64,000 bases of DNA from positions 62,001-126,000 of IMG/VR virus record IMGVR_UViG_3300024336_000005; one strand, written 5' to 3'. The notes beneath the pieces are model-generated. The model was given only the letters and a program-made list of their open reading frames with translations. It ran no database searches and had not been told where the DNA came from. Both the position numbers and the translations under genes were made by a program. Shown piece by piece: positions 10,400 to 20,173 of this stretch. Positions within the stretch are counted from its first letter, which is position 1, and each line of letters opens with the position of its first letter.

Positions 10400-10495
10400 A
10401 TGGCCAAGCTTAGGAGGAAGAGTGAGAAAGGTAAGAAACCTCCTAAAAGAGGTCAGAAGAATAAGAAGCTGGCATCTCGAAGGAGGTCAGCTTAA
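10400..10495 (+). CDS. small basic peptide
   Basis: MAKLRRKSEKGKK... after AGGGG RBS-like motif. Confidence 0.4.
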   Translation: MAKLRRKSEKGKKPPKRGQKNKKLASRRRSA

Positions 10496-10535
10496 GAGCG
10501 GAGGATTCCACCTTCCGGAGCTCATTCTTTGGCAA

Positions 10536-10808
10536 ATGACTAAAGATGAGAATCTGGTGGTGGATGCTATGGACCTTCCCGTTGCTGCCTTGTGCGCAGC
10601 GGGGTTTTCTCAGTCGGATGCTACTGTCATAAACATGGCAGCCTATGCCCTGTTCTTAGATAAGGATTGGGTGGTGTCGATGGAGGAGTATGAGAGCTTC
10701 CCCTCAACTGTTGCAGTAGCGGAGCTGCTGTGGTTAGAGATGGTTGAAGCTGCATTTGAGGTTGATCGTCAGGTCAGCCTCGCCATGTTGGAACTAGTGA
10801 GGAAGTAA
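10536..10808 (+). CDS. hypothetical protein
   Basis: in-frame ATG at 10536; TAATG overlap with next gene. Confidence 0.6.
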   Translation: MTKDENLVVDAMDLPVAALCAAGFSQSDATVINMAAYALFLDKDWVVSMEEYESFPSTVAVAELLWLEMVEAAFEVDRQVSLAMLELVRK

Positions 10809-11116
10809 TGGGATTGAGAGTTCGTCGGTCAGTGATGGGATACTTTAGGGGAGCCTGTTGGTGCATCTCTCCCATTGTTGGGAACATTCTCGAGACTGCT
10901 GAGGAGGAGGAGCTGCAAGAGATGTATGAAGTACAGTTCTTCACAGAGAACTCGGAGCCTTCCCTCACGGAGGCGATGCGTGCCATGAGGGAAAATGTTG
11001 CTTCCCTCATTCGGTACAAGAAGGTCGCCGTTGGTCCCTTCGAGTGGTGTGCCGAAACCGGGAAGTTCGACGATTGGGGGGACTGGATCCCCCGAAAGCT
11101 GGCTGCAAAAGCGTAG
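10808..11116 (+). CDS. hypothetical protein
   Basis: ORF followed by hairpin and T-tract. Confidence 0.7.
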   Translation: MGLRVRRSVMGYFRGACWCISPIVGNILETAEEEELQEMYEVQFFTENSEPSLTEAMRAMRENVASLIRYKKVAVGPFEWCAETGKFDDWGDWIPRKLAAKA

Positions 11117-11121
11117 CCTTT

Positions 11122-11175
11122 GGAGCCGACGGAGTCGGCGGGGGAACCGGCTTCGCCGGTTGTCTTTTTGTTTGA
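11122..11175 (+). terminator. probable intrinsic terminator
   Basis: GCCGAC-GGA-GTCGGC and AACCGGC-TTC-GCCGGTT hairpins followed by T-rich tract. Confidence 0.6.
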
Positions 11176-11286
11176 CATCTTTTTAGGGTTTTAGGTTGTT
11201 TTCTTCTTTTACTTTCTCTGTGAGAGGGAGTGAGAGAGAGATTTCCCCCTAATTTGACTGAAAGCATAGCACTTTCCTAAAAGGAA

Positions 11287-11955
11287 GTGTTGCTTAGAAA
11301 AGAGGTATTTGTGAAGGGAATCAAGCTGGTTCTTCAGGACGGTCACAAGAAGATTGCGGCCATCAAGGCACTCCGCGCCGCCCTCCCGTTATGGGTGGGA
11401 CTGAAGAGGTGCAAGGAGTACGTCGAGGCGGGGTTTGTTCCCTTTACCTCGATTGAGGGAGTTGACCTCTGTGAACTCCAGAGGGTACTTTGGGGTTACA
11501 AGGTGGCGCTCTACCTTTGCGACGGAGAAAGGGCCACCCTCGGATGGCTCGTGGACCCCGATAACTTCTGGACGTCCTCATCCCTTCGGCTCACCCCCCC
11601 GGAGGGGATGGTGAGCCGGTACAAGGTGAGGGACATCCCGACCAAGCCGCTGACGGTGGAGATTCAGCTGCCTCCGCAACAGCGTCAGGATGTCCTCAAT
11701 CACGTTGATGATTGTACTGAGACCCGGCTGGCCTGGATTGACAGGCAGTTCGAAGAGATTCGATTCGCCGCGAAGTGCGGCGATTGGACCCTCACCTTGA
11801 CGGGCGACTTCCTCATCATCGGCAACGCCCATCTCGAGCCCCTACAGAGGCTGGTGGACAGCTTCTGCGTTCCGGTCGAGGAGCTCATCGGACAGATGGA
11901 GGCCACCATCAAAGACCTCCGGGAGCAGTTGAAGTCGGCAATGCCGACGGCCTAG
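11287..11955 (+). CDS. protein with N-terminal ribosomal protein bL12 C-terminal-domain-like motif
   Basis: KIAAIKALRAAL...GLKRCKEYVEAG resembles the bL12 CTD signature KVAVIKAVR...GLKEAKDLVE. Confidence 0.6.
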   Translation: MLLRKEVFVKGIKLVLQDGHKKIAAIKALRAALPLWVGLKRCKEYVEAGFVPFTSIEGVDLCELQRVLWGYKVALYLCDGERATLGWLVDPDNFWTSSSLRLTPPEGMVSRYKVRDIPTKPLTVEIQLPPQQRQDVLNHVDDCTETRLAWIDRQFEEIRFAAKCGDWTLTLTGDFLIIGNAHLEPLQRLVDSFCVPVEELIGQMEATIKDLREQLKSAMPTA

Positions 11956-11998
11956 TTGTTGTTGTTGAAAGCTTAGTGGAAATAGGAAGGAAGAAAAA

Positions 11999-12445
11999 AT
12001 GAACCAGCCGAACTTCATCGCCCTCACCTCCCGCATCTACCAGGCCAAGGGGCCCAAGGTCTCGACCATCGAGGATGTCAAGACGGGGCATGTGCGCATC
12101 ATGTCCTCGGACGTTGAGCCCGTGGACAGCCGGGATGTGTGGGCCGAGCAGTCCAAGGCCTACGAGGACTACCGCATCACCGTGAAGGCCTCCATCGAGG
12201 AGGAGGTGACCATCGAGGAGGCCAATGCGGACTCCCTCCAGGAGGCCTTGAGCACGGCCATCGCCAATGGCGACGAGGTGATGGCCGAGGGCCTCAAGAC
12301 GGCACTGGAGAACTCTGAGAAGGGCATCGTGGAGCTCAAGGTCTCCGAGGACTTGCTGGTCAAGGCGGAAGCGGAGCGCCTCGCCACCAACGCCATCAAC
12401 ATCTTCGAGCACAAGGTGGCCTGCTTCCAGGCTCTCGTCGGCTAG
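11999..12445 (+). CDS. hypothetical coiled-coil protein
   Basis: ORF with strong codon bias and RBS. Confidence 0.85.
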   Translation: MNQPNFIALTSRIYQAKGPKVSTIEDVKTGHVRIMSSDVEPVDSRDVWAEQSKAYEDYRITVKASIEEEVTIEEANADSLQEALSTAIANGDEVMAEGLKTALENSEKGIVELKVSEDLLVKAEAERLATNAINIFEHKVACFQALVG

Positions 12446-12830
12446 GGCAAGTTCACATTCACCGGAGTAGGAAGATGCTGGACTAGGCGGAGGGAAACCG
12501 CAGAACCTCTTTTACTTTACTTAGATATTAGTTCAAAATAAAGGCGCTGAGACTGTGAATCGCATCAGAGACGACCCTTAGGGGATTGGAGGGCGGCCAG
12601 AGGTCGCCACACTTTTGAATTAAAGTCTTATATGTGACTGGTTGCCGACTCGCCGGAGCAGAGTCGTGAGCTACAAGGCCTCCAATGTTGGAGGTTGGGT
12701 GCGAAGAGGTTGGACGCCTCATAACCGTAGGCCCAGGAACTGTTTCAGTTCGTGTGAACGAAGTGAACGGGGAACCGAGTAGATGGTATTCATTGTTGCC
12801 CTACCGAAGACGTGTGAGGGCACTTGAAGA
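12446..12830 (+). ncRNA. putative large structured ncRNA (copy A of a two-member family)
   Basis: hairpin-rich intergenic gap sharing ordered motifs with 19655-20110. Confidence 0.45.
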
Positions 12831-12842
12831 AAGGATAAGTCC

Positions 12843-13640
12843 ATGTTCGATTTGCAGAACGAGAAGACCGCCGTTGAGACCACCGCCCCGTTCCGGAAGG
12901 TGCTCGCCACCGGCGAGGTCCAGCCCGTGTCGTTCGCGGGATTCGTCGAGAAGACGGAGGATGGTGGCTACCAGTTGCAGGAGACGCTGGACATCGAGAC
13001 CTGCATCGGGGTGCTGGGCTTCGCCGCTGCGGTGAAGTTCAACCAGCACACCAACGACGATGGCACGACCACCATCCGGGTGTCGGCCATCCAGGAGGGT
13101 AACACGAGCAAGAAGCGGCAGCGTGGTGACAGCCAGCGCACGAGCAAGGGGGCGAGTGAGTTCGGTCTCGGGACGTGGGTCTTCGCGACTCGGCTCGAGG
13201 TGCCGGGGCTGGATGTCGGCTCCATCCACACCTGCTACGGGACCATGGGCGAGGCGACGGTCTCCACCCCCAATGGCCCGGCCTTCACCGCCTCCAAGCC
13301 CGCCTTCGCGGGTGCGTTCGAGCAGGAGGTGACCAAGGCGGTGCAGCTGATGCTCTCGTCCTTCGTGGGCGCCGCCAGTGGTGGTGAGAGCATCGTGACC
13401 AACGACGAGGGGCTCATGGACACCCTCCGTTGGTTGCAGCGTGTGGTGCCGAACAAGTTCGGTCGTCTGGTCTTCCAGGGGGCCGCCTTCGAGGGGGCAA
13501 CCAACACCAGCCGCGTGAAGGCCGTCATCAACGGCAAGGAGGTCCAGGTGGCGCAGTCCACCAAGGGCTCCAACCGCGTCAAGACCGCCTCCAAGGCCAC
13601 CGCCTCGGACCTCGACGCCCTCGCGGCGCTCGAGGCCTAA
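12843..13640 (+). CDS. hypothetical protein
   Basis: ORF with strong codon bias, RBS aaagga. Confidence 0.85.
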   Translation: MFDLQNEKTAVETTAPFRKVLATGEVQPVSFAGFVEKTEDGGYQLQETLDIETCIGVLGFAAAVKFNQHTNDDGTTTIRVSAIQEGNTSKKRQRGDSQRTSKGASEFGLGTWVFATRLEVPGLDVGSIHTCYGTMGEATVSTPNGPAFTASKPAFAGAFEQEVTKAVQLMLSSFVGAASGGESIVTNDEGLMDTLRWLQRVVPNKFGRLVFQGAAFEGATNTSRVKAVINGKEVQVAQSTKGSNRVKTASKATASDLDALAALEA

Positions 13641-13809
13641 TCCCACCTCCCTGAAGTCCGGTGAGTCGTTCCCTACGGGTTGAGCGACTCCCGGCAACCT
13701 CCCCTTGTTTATCTTTGTTGTTGATATAGGTGTGTATGAACGTAGTGTACGACTGTTGTTGTACCCTATGGGCATGCACACCTGTGTATGTTGGCAGACA
13801 GGAGTGTGT

Positions 13810-14379
13810 ATGAAGATTGCCATTATTGGCACCGCTGGTAGGAGCAAAGCTCCGCAGCATCGGATGACACGGAAATTGTATGGCAGCATGTTGGATGCTG
13901 CCTGGCAGATGATGTTGAAGAACTGTGAGGATTGGAGTGATGTGACACTTCAGTCTGGTGGAGCCGCGTGGGCTGACCATGTGGCTGTGAGCGCCTATAA
14001 GCTGGCATTGGTGTGTGGAAAGCCCTTCAAGGGGCTGAACCTGTACCTGCCGGCCCCCTTTGATGGGGACAAGTACGCCGCCACTAAGGCGGGTGGTATC
14101 TCCAACTACTATCATCGGCTTTTCACGCAGGCCGTTGGAACAGACACTCTTGTGGGGTTGGCTGATGTCATGCAGCTGCCCGGTGTGATGGTGGATGTTG
14201 GAGTGGGGTTCCATCAGCGGAACCTCGAAGTTGGGAAGGCTGACGTCCTGTTGGCCTTTACCTGGGGCGAAGGCAGCGGCCCCGCCGACGGTGGCACGAA
14301 GCACTGTTGGAAAAATTCTCATGCGCCGACGAAGGTGCACTTCAAGCTCTCTGAGCTGAACGGACAGTCCGATGAGTGA
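13810..14379 (+). CDS. SLOG/YspA-like Rossmann nucleotide-binding protein
   Basis: MKIAIIGTAGR, SGGAAWADH, RN...AFTWG...GGT motifs. Confidence 0.6.
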   Translation: MKIAIIGTAGRSKAPQHRMTRKLYGSMLDAAWQMMLKNCEDWSDVTLQSGGAAWADHVAVSAYKLALVCGKPFKGLNLYLPAPFDGDKYAATKAGGISNYYHRLFTQAVGTDTLVGLADVMQLPGVMVDVGVGFHQRNLEVGKADVLLAFTWGEGSGPADGGTKHCWKNSHAPTKVHFKLSELNGQSDE

Positions 14380-17300
14380 TACTCTTTTTGGTAAGAACGC
14401 TGACGAGAAGTCCCTCCTCGAGGAGGCAGGCGACGGTGTTGTGGACAACAGCACCGTCATCGACCACGACAAGAAGACTGACCGCATTCTCGCCGATACG
14501 GCCGTGGTTCGCGGTGCCGCCATGTTTGTCCAGACGGACGACTTGTGGCACCACGGGGTCAGTCAGCACGGGCTGGCCCGTTCGAACACCCGCTACGGGG
14601 AGACCACCCAGTTGGTCTTGGTCCCGGAGGGTTCCGATGGCTGTGAGACCATCATCATCCACAGTCTCCGTGGTGGAACTCAGGAGGTCACCGTTAAGCG
14701 CCGGGCCCTGCCGATGCAGGAGGAGGTGGTCGAGCGAGTCCTCGCCGCCACCGATGAGGCACTTGCGCCCTACATGCGGAAGTACTCCTGTCGCACGCGG
14801 GAGCAGTTGGTGGGGAGGTGGCCTGCGCAAGGCCGTGGCCCCATCTACATCGACAGTGTCGCCACGCGCTTGACGCACAACGACTGGGTCGATGACCTGG
14901 GAGACGTGCTGAGCGATGAGCTGCTGCGCTCGATGCAGCGGTACATGAAGGCCATGAGACAGGACATCCCGCCGAGTCAGGATGATGTGGAAATCATCCA
15001 CTGGGCCATGGGCGAGGCTGGCTTGAAGCCCGTTGAGCTCTACCAGATGTTGCTCATGCAGCAAGAGACCCGACAGCGGCTGCTGGTCCTTCTCGGTGAG
15101 GACGAGTTGAAGCGGGACTCCGCCCTCAACTCGTACGACCCTTCTCCGGCCATCCCGGACGGGTGGGGCTTGCCCTCCTCCTTGGAGGAGCCGATGAAGT
15201 GCAAGAAGGCGTGGAATGCCTTCCTCAAGTCCGGTGGCGAGGTGGCGCTCTCGTTGGACCACATCGTCTTCGATGACGGCGATGGCTTCGACCGGGTGAC
15301 CATTGAGGGCCTTGCGGCCATCAAGATGACCCGAGATGGAGTGAACCGTCTGGTCAAGGCTCACAGTGGCATCACGCTGCTGGAGACTACGGCCAACAAT
15401 GGTCAGTTCCCGCCGTCCCATCGGGAGTTGACCGCCGCAGTGGTGGCCGTTCACGAGAAGTGGGCGGACTCCTTCGAAGCGTGGCAGGAGCGACGTACGC
15501 CCAGTGTCCGCTGGGTGGCTCTGGGCAACCTCACGGGTGGCATCGGTGGCGGTGGGGGTGACCTCAACGGCACCGATGAGTTCGACGTCGACGCGGACAT
15601 CCGTCCGAAGCCCGGCTTCCAGGACATCGACCCGGTGGAGTTGAAGAACCCGGAGGAGGCCTGGCTCAAGAAGCAGGTCATGGGGATGTCCACTCCGGAC
15701 CCCATCACTCAGTTCTTTGGGGACACCGGGTCGTTCGCTTCGGACCTACCCATTGGCCGTCGGAAGATTGGGGAGGAAGTGTACCTCCCCGGAGGCCACC
15801 CGTTGGCTCAGGGCATCATGGACATCATGGCGGCTGCCAATGGCCAGCGGGACTACGTCTCCTTGGGTCTGACGGATGACGCCTCCTCGATGGTTCGCAT
15901 GGAGTGGCCGAAGAACCTCGTGGAGACCTCCACGATGATGATGCCGACCATGGCGGGCGACAAGGTGGAGGTGGAGGTGTTGGTCTTCCACCCCGTCTAT
16001 GAGGGGGTGGACTTGTTCAACCTCATCCTCAGCACCGATTGGGTGGACCACGCGGGCCAGGTGAAGGACTTCTTCGCCGACTACACTGTCAAGGTGAATG
16101 GCGTCAAGCAGTGGGGGCTCAACCAGCAGGTGAGCCCTGGGCAGAAGGTGATGGAGGCGTCCTATACCGACGACGAGGGCCAGTACTGGTTCAAGTCGGT
16201 GGACCTCGAGATTGAGCCCGGTGCTCGGGTGGCCTTCGACGCGGGCATGCCGGTGGGGGAGGTCATCGAGACCGTGCGGGACGGTCAGACCTTCTGCCAG
16301 GCCCTCGTTCGGGTCTGGCCGGCGAAGGTCAATGTCGGCTACCGTCATCGGTTGCACGAGATTGATGCGAATGGCGAGGCCGTTCCCATCGACGAGAACG
16401 ACCCTCTGTTGGCCATCTACGGCATCGAGCAGCAGGGAGATGTGCTCTGGCACGTGATGTTCAAGAGCCGCTTGGACTTCCTCATCACCAGCCTGGGCTG
16501 CACCAAGGTGCCGGTCCTGGCCCTGGTGGAGACGGGCGAGGAGGCCATCCCGATGGTGGTCGAGCAGTACGCGAAGGTGCACTTCCCGGCGCTGTTCAAC
16601 TGGCTCTCGCTGCTGAGCGAGAACTACCACGAGGCCGTCTCCGACATGACCGAGTGGTCGGAGGGGGACGGTGAGGACCTGCTGCGGCTGGTCACCGAGG
16701 AACTGATGACCATCCAGACGCTGGCCTTGGAGCTCATCGTCGAGGATAACATCGGTTGCGTGGCCGACTACATGGACGACGTCAACGTGGCATTGGGCGA
16801 TGCTTGCATCGGAACCTCCAGCAAGTTCCCTGACCGGAACGGCAACGAGACGAGCGCCTATGGTGCCCTCCTCGTTGGGAACACGGGGCGTCTCTACCCC
16901 CTGTTGGACAGCCTGAAGCCCGGTCCGCAGAACGTGTTCGACCTCCCGGAGGAGGCGCACACGAACATCACCAAGATGTTCAAGGCCATGGGCTACCTGT
17001 ACAACGACCGGAGGCCCTTGGGTGCCGACAGGTTGCAGCAGATGGTGGGAGAGCAGTTCTTCTTCACCCATCCCCTGCGTCGTGCTCCGCGTCGTGTGAA
17101 CGACCGCTGGCACCGGGCGGCGAAGGCCGTGACGTACACCAAGGACCCGAGCCTGTTCAGCTCGGGCATGGTCGGCAACTTGGTGAGCCAGTTGAGCGCC
17201 GCGATGTTCCCCATCAACGATGGTGGGCTGAACTTGTTCCACCCCTCGGAGGAGCACATGAAGGCGGCCAACTGGGACTATGAGAAGGCGATGCGTCTCC

Positions 17301-17761
17301 ACCTCATCGAAATCTTCCCGGAGGACCTCTGGGGTCGGACGGCGGCGAGTCGCGCTCACCGCTACCTGACGCGGTTCAACCAGGACCGTGGGTTCTTCAA
17401 GGAGGACGCCAAGGCGCTGCGTTGGCTCATCTGCAACATCTTCAACTTCGAGGACCGCACCTTGGTCCATCCCACCTTGTCGGGTGGGGAGGCCATCAAG
17501 GCCTTCGGTAGGGGTGTGTTGGTTGAGAGTTTTGTGAAGGGTTGGGTGAACGAGAGGAACGAGGACAAGAAGGCACAGCGCTTGACCGCCCTGGACCGTC
17601 GAGTCGCGCTCCTCACCCCCACGCCGCCCCTCCTCTTCCGTTTCTTGGCGCTCTTGGAGAAGAACGTCGAGTTGGAGGCCTTCAACCGGGCCTTGATGCA
17701 GGCCGCCCCGAAGTTGGGCCCCTTGGGGGTCCAGCACATCCGCAACCGTCAGAACGGTTGA
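14372..17761 (+). CDS. large hypothetical protein, possibly a highly diverged RNA polymerase beta-like subunit
   Basis: 1129 codons; only weak motif echoes (GLAR..YG..PEG..IHSL, SMQR). The ORF is certain, the function is not. Confidence 0.8.
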   Translation: MSDTLFGKNADEKSLLEEAGDGVVDNSTVIDHDKKTDRILADTAVVRGAAMFVQTDDLWHHGVSQHGLARSNTRYGETTQLVLVPEGSDGCETIIIHSLRGGTQEVTVKRRALPMQEEVVERVLAATDEALAPYMRKYSCRTREQLVGRWPAQGRGPIYIDSVATRLTHNDWVDDLGDVLSDELLRSMQRYMKAMRQDIPPSQDDVEIIHWAMGEAGLKPVELYQMLLMQQETRQRLLVLLGEDELKRDSALNSYDPSPAIPDGWGLPSSLEEPMKCKKAWNAFLKSGGEVALSLDHIVFDDGDGFDRVTIEGLAAIKMTRDGVNRLVKAHSGITLLETTANNGQFPPSHRELTAAVVAVHEKWADSFEAWQERRTPSVRWVALGNLTGGIGGGGGDLNGTDEFDVDADIRPKPGFQDIDPVELKNPEEAWLKKQVMGMSTPDPITQFFGDTGSFASDLPIGRRKIGEEVYLPGGHPLAQGIMDIMAAANGQRDYVSLGLTDDASSMVRMEWPKNLVETSTMMMPTMAGDKVEVEVLVFHPVYEGVDLFNLILSTDWVDHAGQVKDFFADYTVKVNGVKQWGLNQQVSPGQKVMEASYTDDEGQYWFKSVDLEIEPGARVAFDAGMPVGEVIETVRDGQTFCQALVRVWPAKVNVGYRHRLHEIDANGEAVPIDENDPLLAIYGIEQQGDVLWHVMFKSRLDFLITSLGCTKVPVLALVETGEEAIPMVVEQYAKVHFPALFNWLSLLSENYHEAVSDMTEWSEGDGEDLLRLVTEELMTIQTLALELIVEDNIGCVADYMDDVNVALGDACIGTSSKFPDRNGNETSAYGALLVGNTGRLYPLLDSLKPGPQNVFDLPEEAHTNITKMFKAMGYLYNDRRPLGADRLQQMVGEQFFFTHPLRRAPRRVNDRWHRAAKAVTYTKDPSLFSSGMVGNLVSQLSAAMFPINDGGLNLFHPSEEHMKAANWDYEKAMRLHLIEIFPEDLWGRTAASRAHRYLTRFNQDRGFFKEDAKALRWLICNIFNFEDRTLVHPTLSGGEAIKAFGRGVLVESFVKGWVNERNEDKKAQRLTALDRRVALLTPTPPLLFRFLALLEKNVELEAFNRALMQAAPKLGPLGVQHIRNRQNG

Positions 17762-18209
17762 GCGAGGTGGGTGGTTGATTGAGAGGTTGGTGGATTAGGT
17801 GAGATGAAGGTTCTCAGCTAGGGGCATCGGCCCCTTAGCTGGGCCTAGCCTAGTCGCCATTTCTTCCATCGTTGGAGTATCTTCAGCTTTGGGTTTTGGT
17901 TTTGAAAGGTTGGTTGTAGGTAATAAAGGTTAGAAAAAAATTCTTAAGGCAGCAGAAGCCGAACTGAGTGTGTCGGTACTGCCGTCTTTGAACCCTGGCC
18001 GGGGTTAAGGCAAAAAGGATCCCGGAACAAGCATAAGGGATCCGAAAAGTGACCGGTCCTGAGGTGGGTCGATGAGGGTTGAGCCAGGAGGGAGTAAGTT
18101 CTCTCGATAGTCTGGCTGTGTAGGGACCTTAGGTTGCTGTTGCGCTGCTAACGTAGAACCTTGGGGAATTAAAGAAACCCGTGAAGGTGCATTTCTCAAA
18201 GAGGCTGTC

Positions 18210-18977
18210 ATGCTTATTGTACTCTTCCTTATTATCGCTCCTCTTGTTATTCTCTCTCCTCTCTTCGCGGATCAGTGCTGTAAGCATTTTCAGCAGAAGA
18301 AGATTATGAGAATGTTGAAGGAGGGGGGACTGAAAGAGCCCATGACCCCACCAGAGTTCATCAAGAGGTGGGAACTGTTGTTGAAGGAAGGAGGGCTGAA
18401 AGAGCGGATCACCCCATCAGAGTTCACCAGGAGGTGGGATCTGTTGCAGGAGGAGGCAAAGCGTCTTGAGGAAAGGGAACTTGACCTTAAGGCGGAAGTG
18501 CAATGTCGGGCGGAGCTTCTTGTTGCAGAGGAGCTGGAGGAACTTCGCGCTGGCACAAGGGAGCTTCTTCAAGCCGAGGCCACCCTTGATGATAAGGTCG
18601 CAGACCAGCTGGAGGCTCGCCTGCTTGCTCTCGACGGGGAGGTCCGATCGGTAAATCACATCGGGACAGAGCAGAAGCTCTTCAAGGTGTGTGGGGACCC
18701 TGACAGACTTGAGGCGAATGTTTCATTCCTTTTGAACGAACAAGAGCGACCCTTTTCACAGGTCTCCATCGAATACCACAATGATGAGCCCTACGCCAGC
18801 GGCAGAAGGGGCATGACCTCTGGAGTCCTGATGGGATCGAGGCAAGCAATCCTGCAGCAGGTGCGCTTCATGGGGCGGCATGGCTATCGGTGGGCGGATG
18901 TGATTGTCTCTTTTGATGACGTCCTCAGCGAAGACTATCAGATCAAGATCTGTCCTTCCTGCAAGGACTCTCACTAG
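18210..18977 (+). CDS. membrane-anchored coiled-coil protein (paralog of next gene)
   Basis: N-terminal TM segment; C-terminal ADV.V.F...DY..KICPxC shared with 18998-19654. Confidence 0.8.
   Translation: MLIVLFLIIAPLVILSPLFADQCCKHFQQKKIMRMLKEGGLKEPMTPPEFIKRWELLLKEGGLKERITPSEFTRRWDLLQEEAKRLEERELDLKAEVQCRAELLVAEELEELRAGTRELLQAEATLDDKVADQLEARLLALDGEVRSVNHIGTEQKLFKVCGDPDRLEANVSFLLNEQERPFSQVSIEYHNDEPYASGRRGMTSGVLMGSRQAILQQVRFMGRHGYRWADVIVSFDDVLSEDYQIKICPSCKDSH
18313..18444 (+). repeat. 66-bp in-frame tandem duplication
   Basis: two copies of TGTTGAAGGA...GTGGGA(A/T)CTGT encoding LKEGGLKE..TP.EF..RW.L. Confidence 0.85.
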
Positions 18978-18997
18978 CTGTAGCCCCGGAGGGACTT

Positions 18998-19654
18998 GTG
19001 GAAATCATTGCTGGCATTACCATCATTGTCCTTGCGATTGTAATCGCAGTGCTATTGGTGGTGTATTCGAACAGAATTGAGGCGCTTCAGCGGAGGAACA
19101 CCAAAGAGTGGACGGCAAAGTTCTCTCAGGTTGAAGAGCTTGAAGCAAACGCGAAGGCTCACATCAAGAAAGAAGCCGAGAAACTGATCGCTGTAGACCT
19201 CAAGCGCCTGAAGGAGATGCAGAAGAGCCTTGAGCAAGCACACAAGCTGGTAGGTCAGACAGTGTCTGATACTGTTGACTCGCGTCTGAAGGCTTTTGAT
19301 GGGAAAGCAAGGCAAGCTCATCTTTCTCTGAGAGCCTACAAAGAGGAATATAACTTCACGGCCAATCCTGAAGTGATTCTGTCAATCATTGAAGACTTTC
19401 TGAAGAGTCATGATGGAGAAATCCGTAAGATTCGAGTGGGACTTCACAACGGAGAGTCTGGAGAGAAGAGAAACTGGACCAACGGCACCATGTCTGGGAA
19501 CTTGGACGTAGCCTGCAAGCAGTTGAAGTCTTTTGCTTCTTTGGAGATTCTGAAGAAGAATAACCTTCGCCACGCTGATGTCACCGTTTTCTTCAATGGT
19601 ACGCACAAAAAGGACTATGTCCTAAAGATCTGTCCCACTTGTGGGGAGAGCTAA
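18998..19654 (+). CDS. membrane-anchored coiled-coil protein
   Basis: N-terminal TM segment; KICPTCGES C-terminus. Confidence 0.8.
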   Translation: MEIIAGITIIVLAIVIAVLLVVYSNRIEALQRRNTKEWTAKFSQVEELEANAKAHIKKEAEKLIAVDLKRLKEMQKSLEQAHKLVGQTVSDTVDSRLKAFDGKARQAHLSLRAYKEEYNFTANPEVILSIIEDFLKSHDGEIRKIRVGLHNGESGEKRNWTNGTMSGNLDVACKQLKSFASLEILKKNNLRHADVTVFFNGTHKKDYVLKICPTCGES

Positions 19655-20110
19655 GATTTATGAGGGGTGACGGTTCTATTTCGGGATAATTACCCGCATG
19701 GTTCACGCCCGGCTGGTGAAAGTCCAGAACCTCTCGCGTTAGTCTGCAACCTTTGCGCGTTGTAGTGGCTTGGGGAAAGTAGGAGTAACCCTCCGCCCGC
19801 GAAGTCAACTTTCTGTAGTGGGTGGTTCCACTTTAAATAGGCACTAGTGGCTACAGACCACATAGGCCCTACCCCCTGGATGCAGGGTATACTAAGGCCG
19901 TTGAAACAAGGTGGTTGTTGACCATACCGAAGGGATGCGAGACCTGTACAAGCCTTGATGAGACTAGCGGGAGCCTTTTGAGGAGGGTCACCTGAAATGG
20001 CATATGTAACCTCCAATCCTAGTTGGAGCTATACGGCAGGAGTACTAGGGAACCCTGCAATCTACAAGATAAATGGGTGCGAAGTGGTAGGCCCATACCA
20101 GCAATTTTGT
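19655..20110 (+). ncRNA. putative large structured ncRNA (copy B)
   Basis: hairpin-rich gap; shares AGAACCTCT, CTCCAA..TTGGAG, GGGTGCGAAG, GTAGGCCC with 12446-12830. Confidence 0.45.
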
Positions 20111-20173
20111 TGGTCTAAGTAGATCCATATATGTTTAACATAGGAACCTCCGCCAGGAGGAAGGATAAAGACC

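Noticed and set aside
216-17778. Many long minus-strand and alternate-frame ORFs in the GC-rich arm (e.g. 15746-17737, 8073-9446, 12801-13889)
   Set aside because: Shadow ORFs of GC3-biased plus-strand genes with low-complexity translations.
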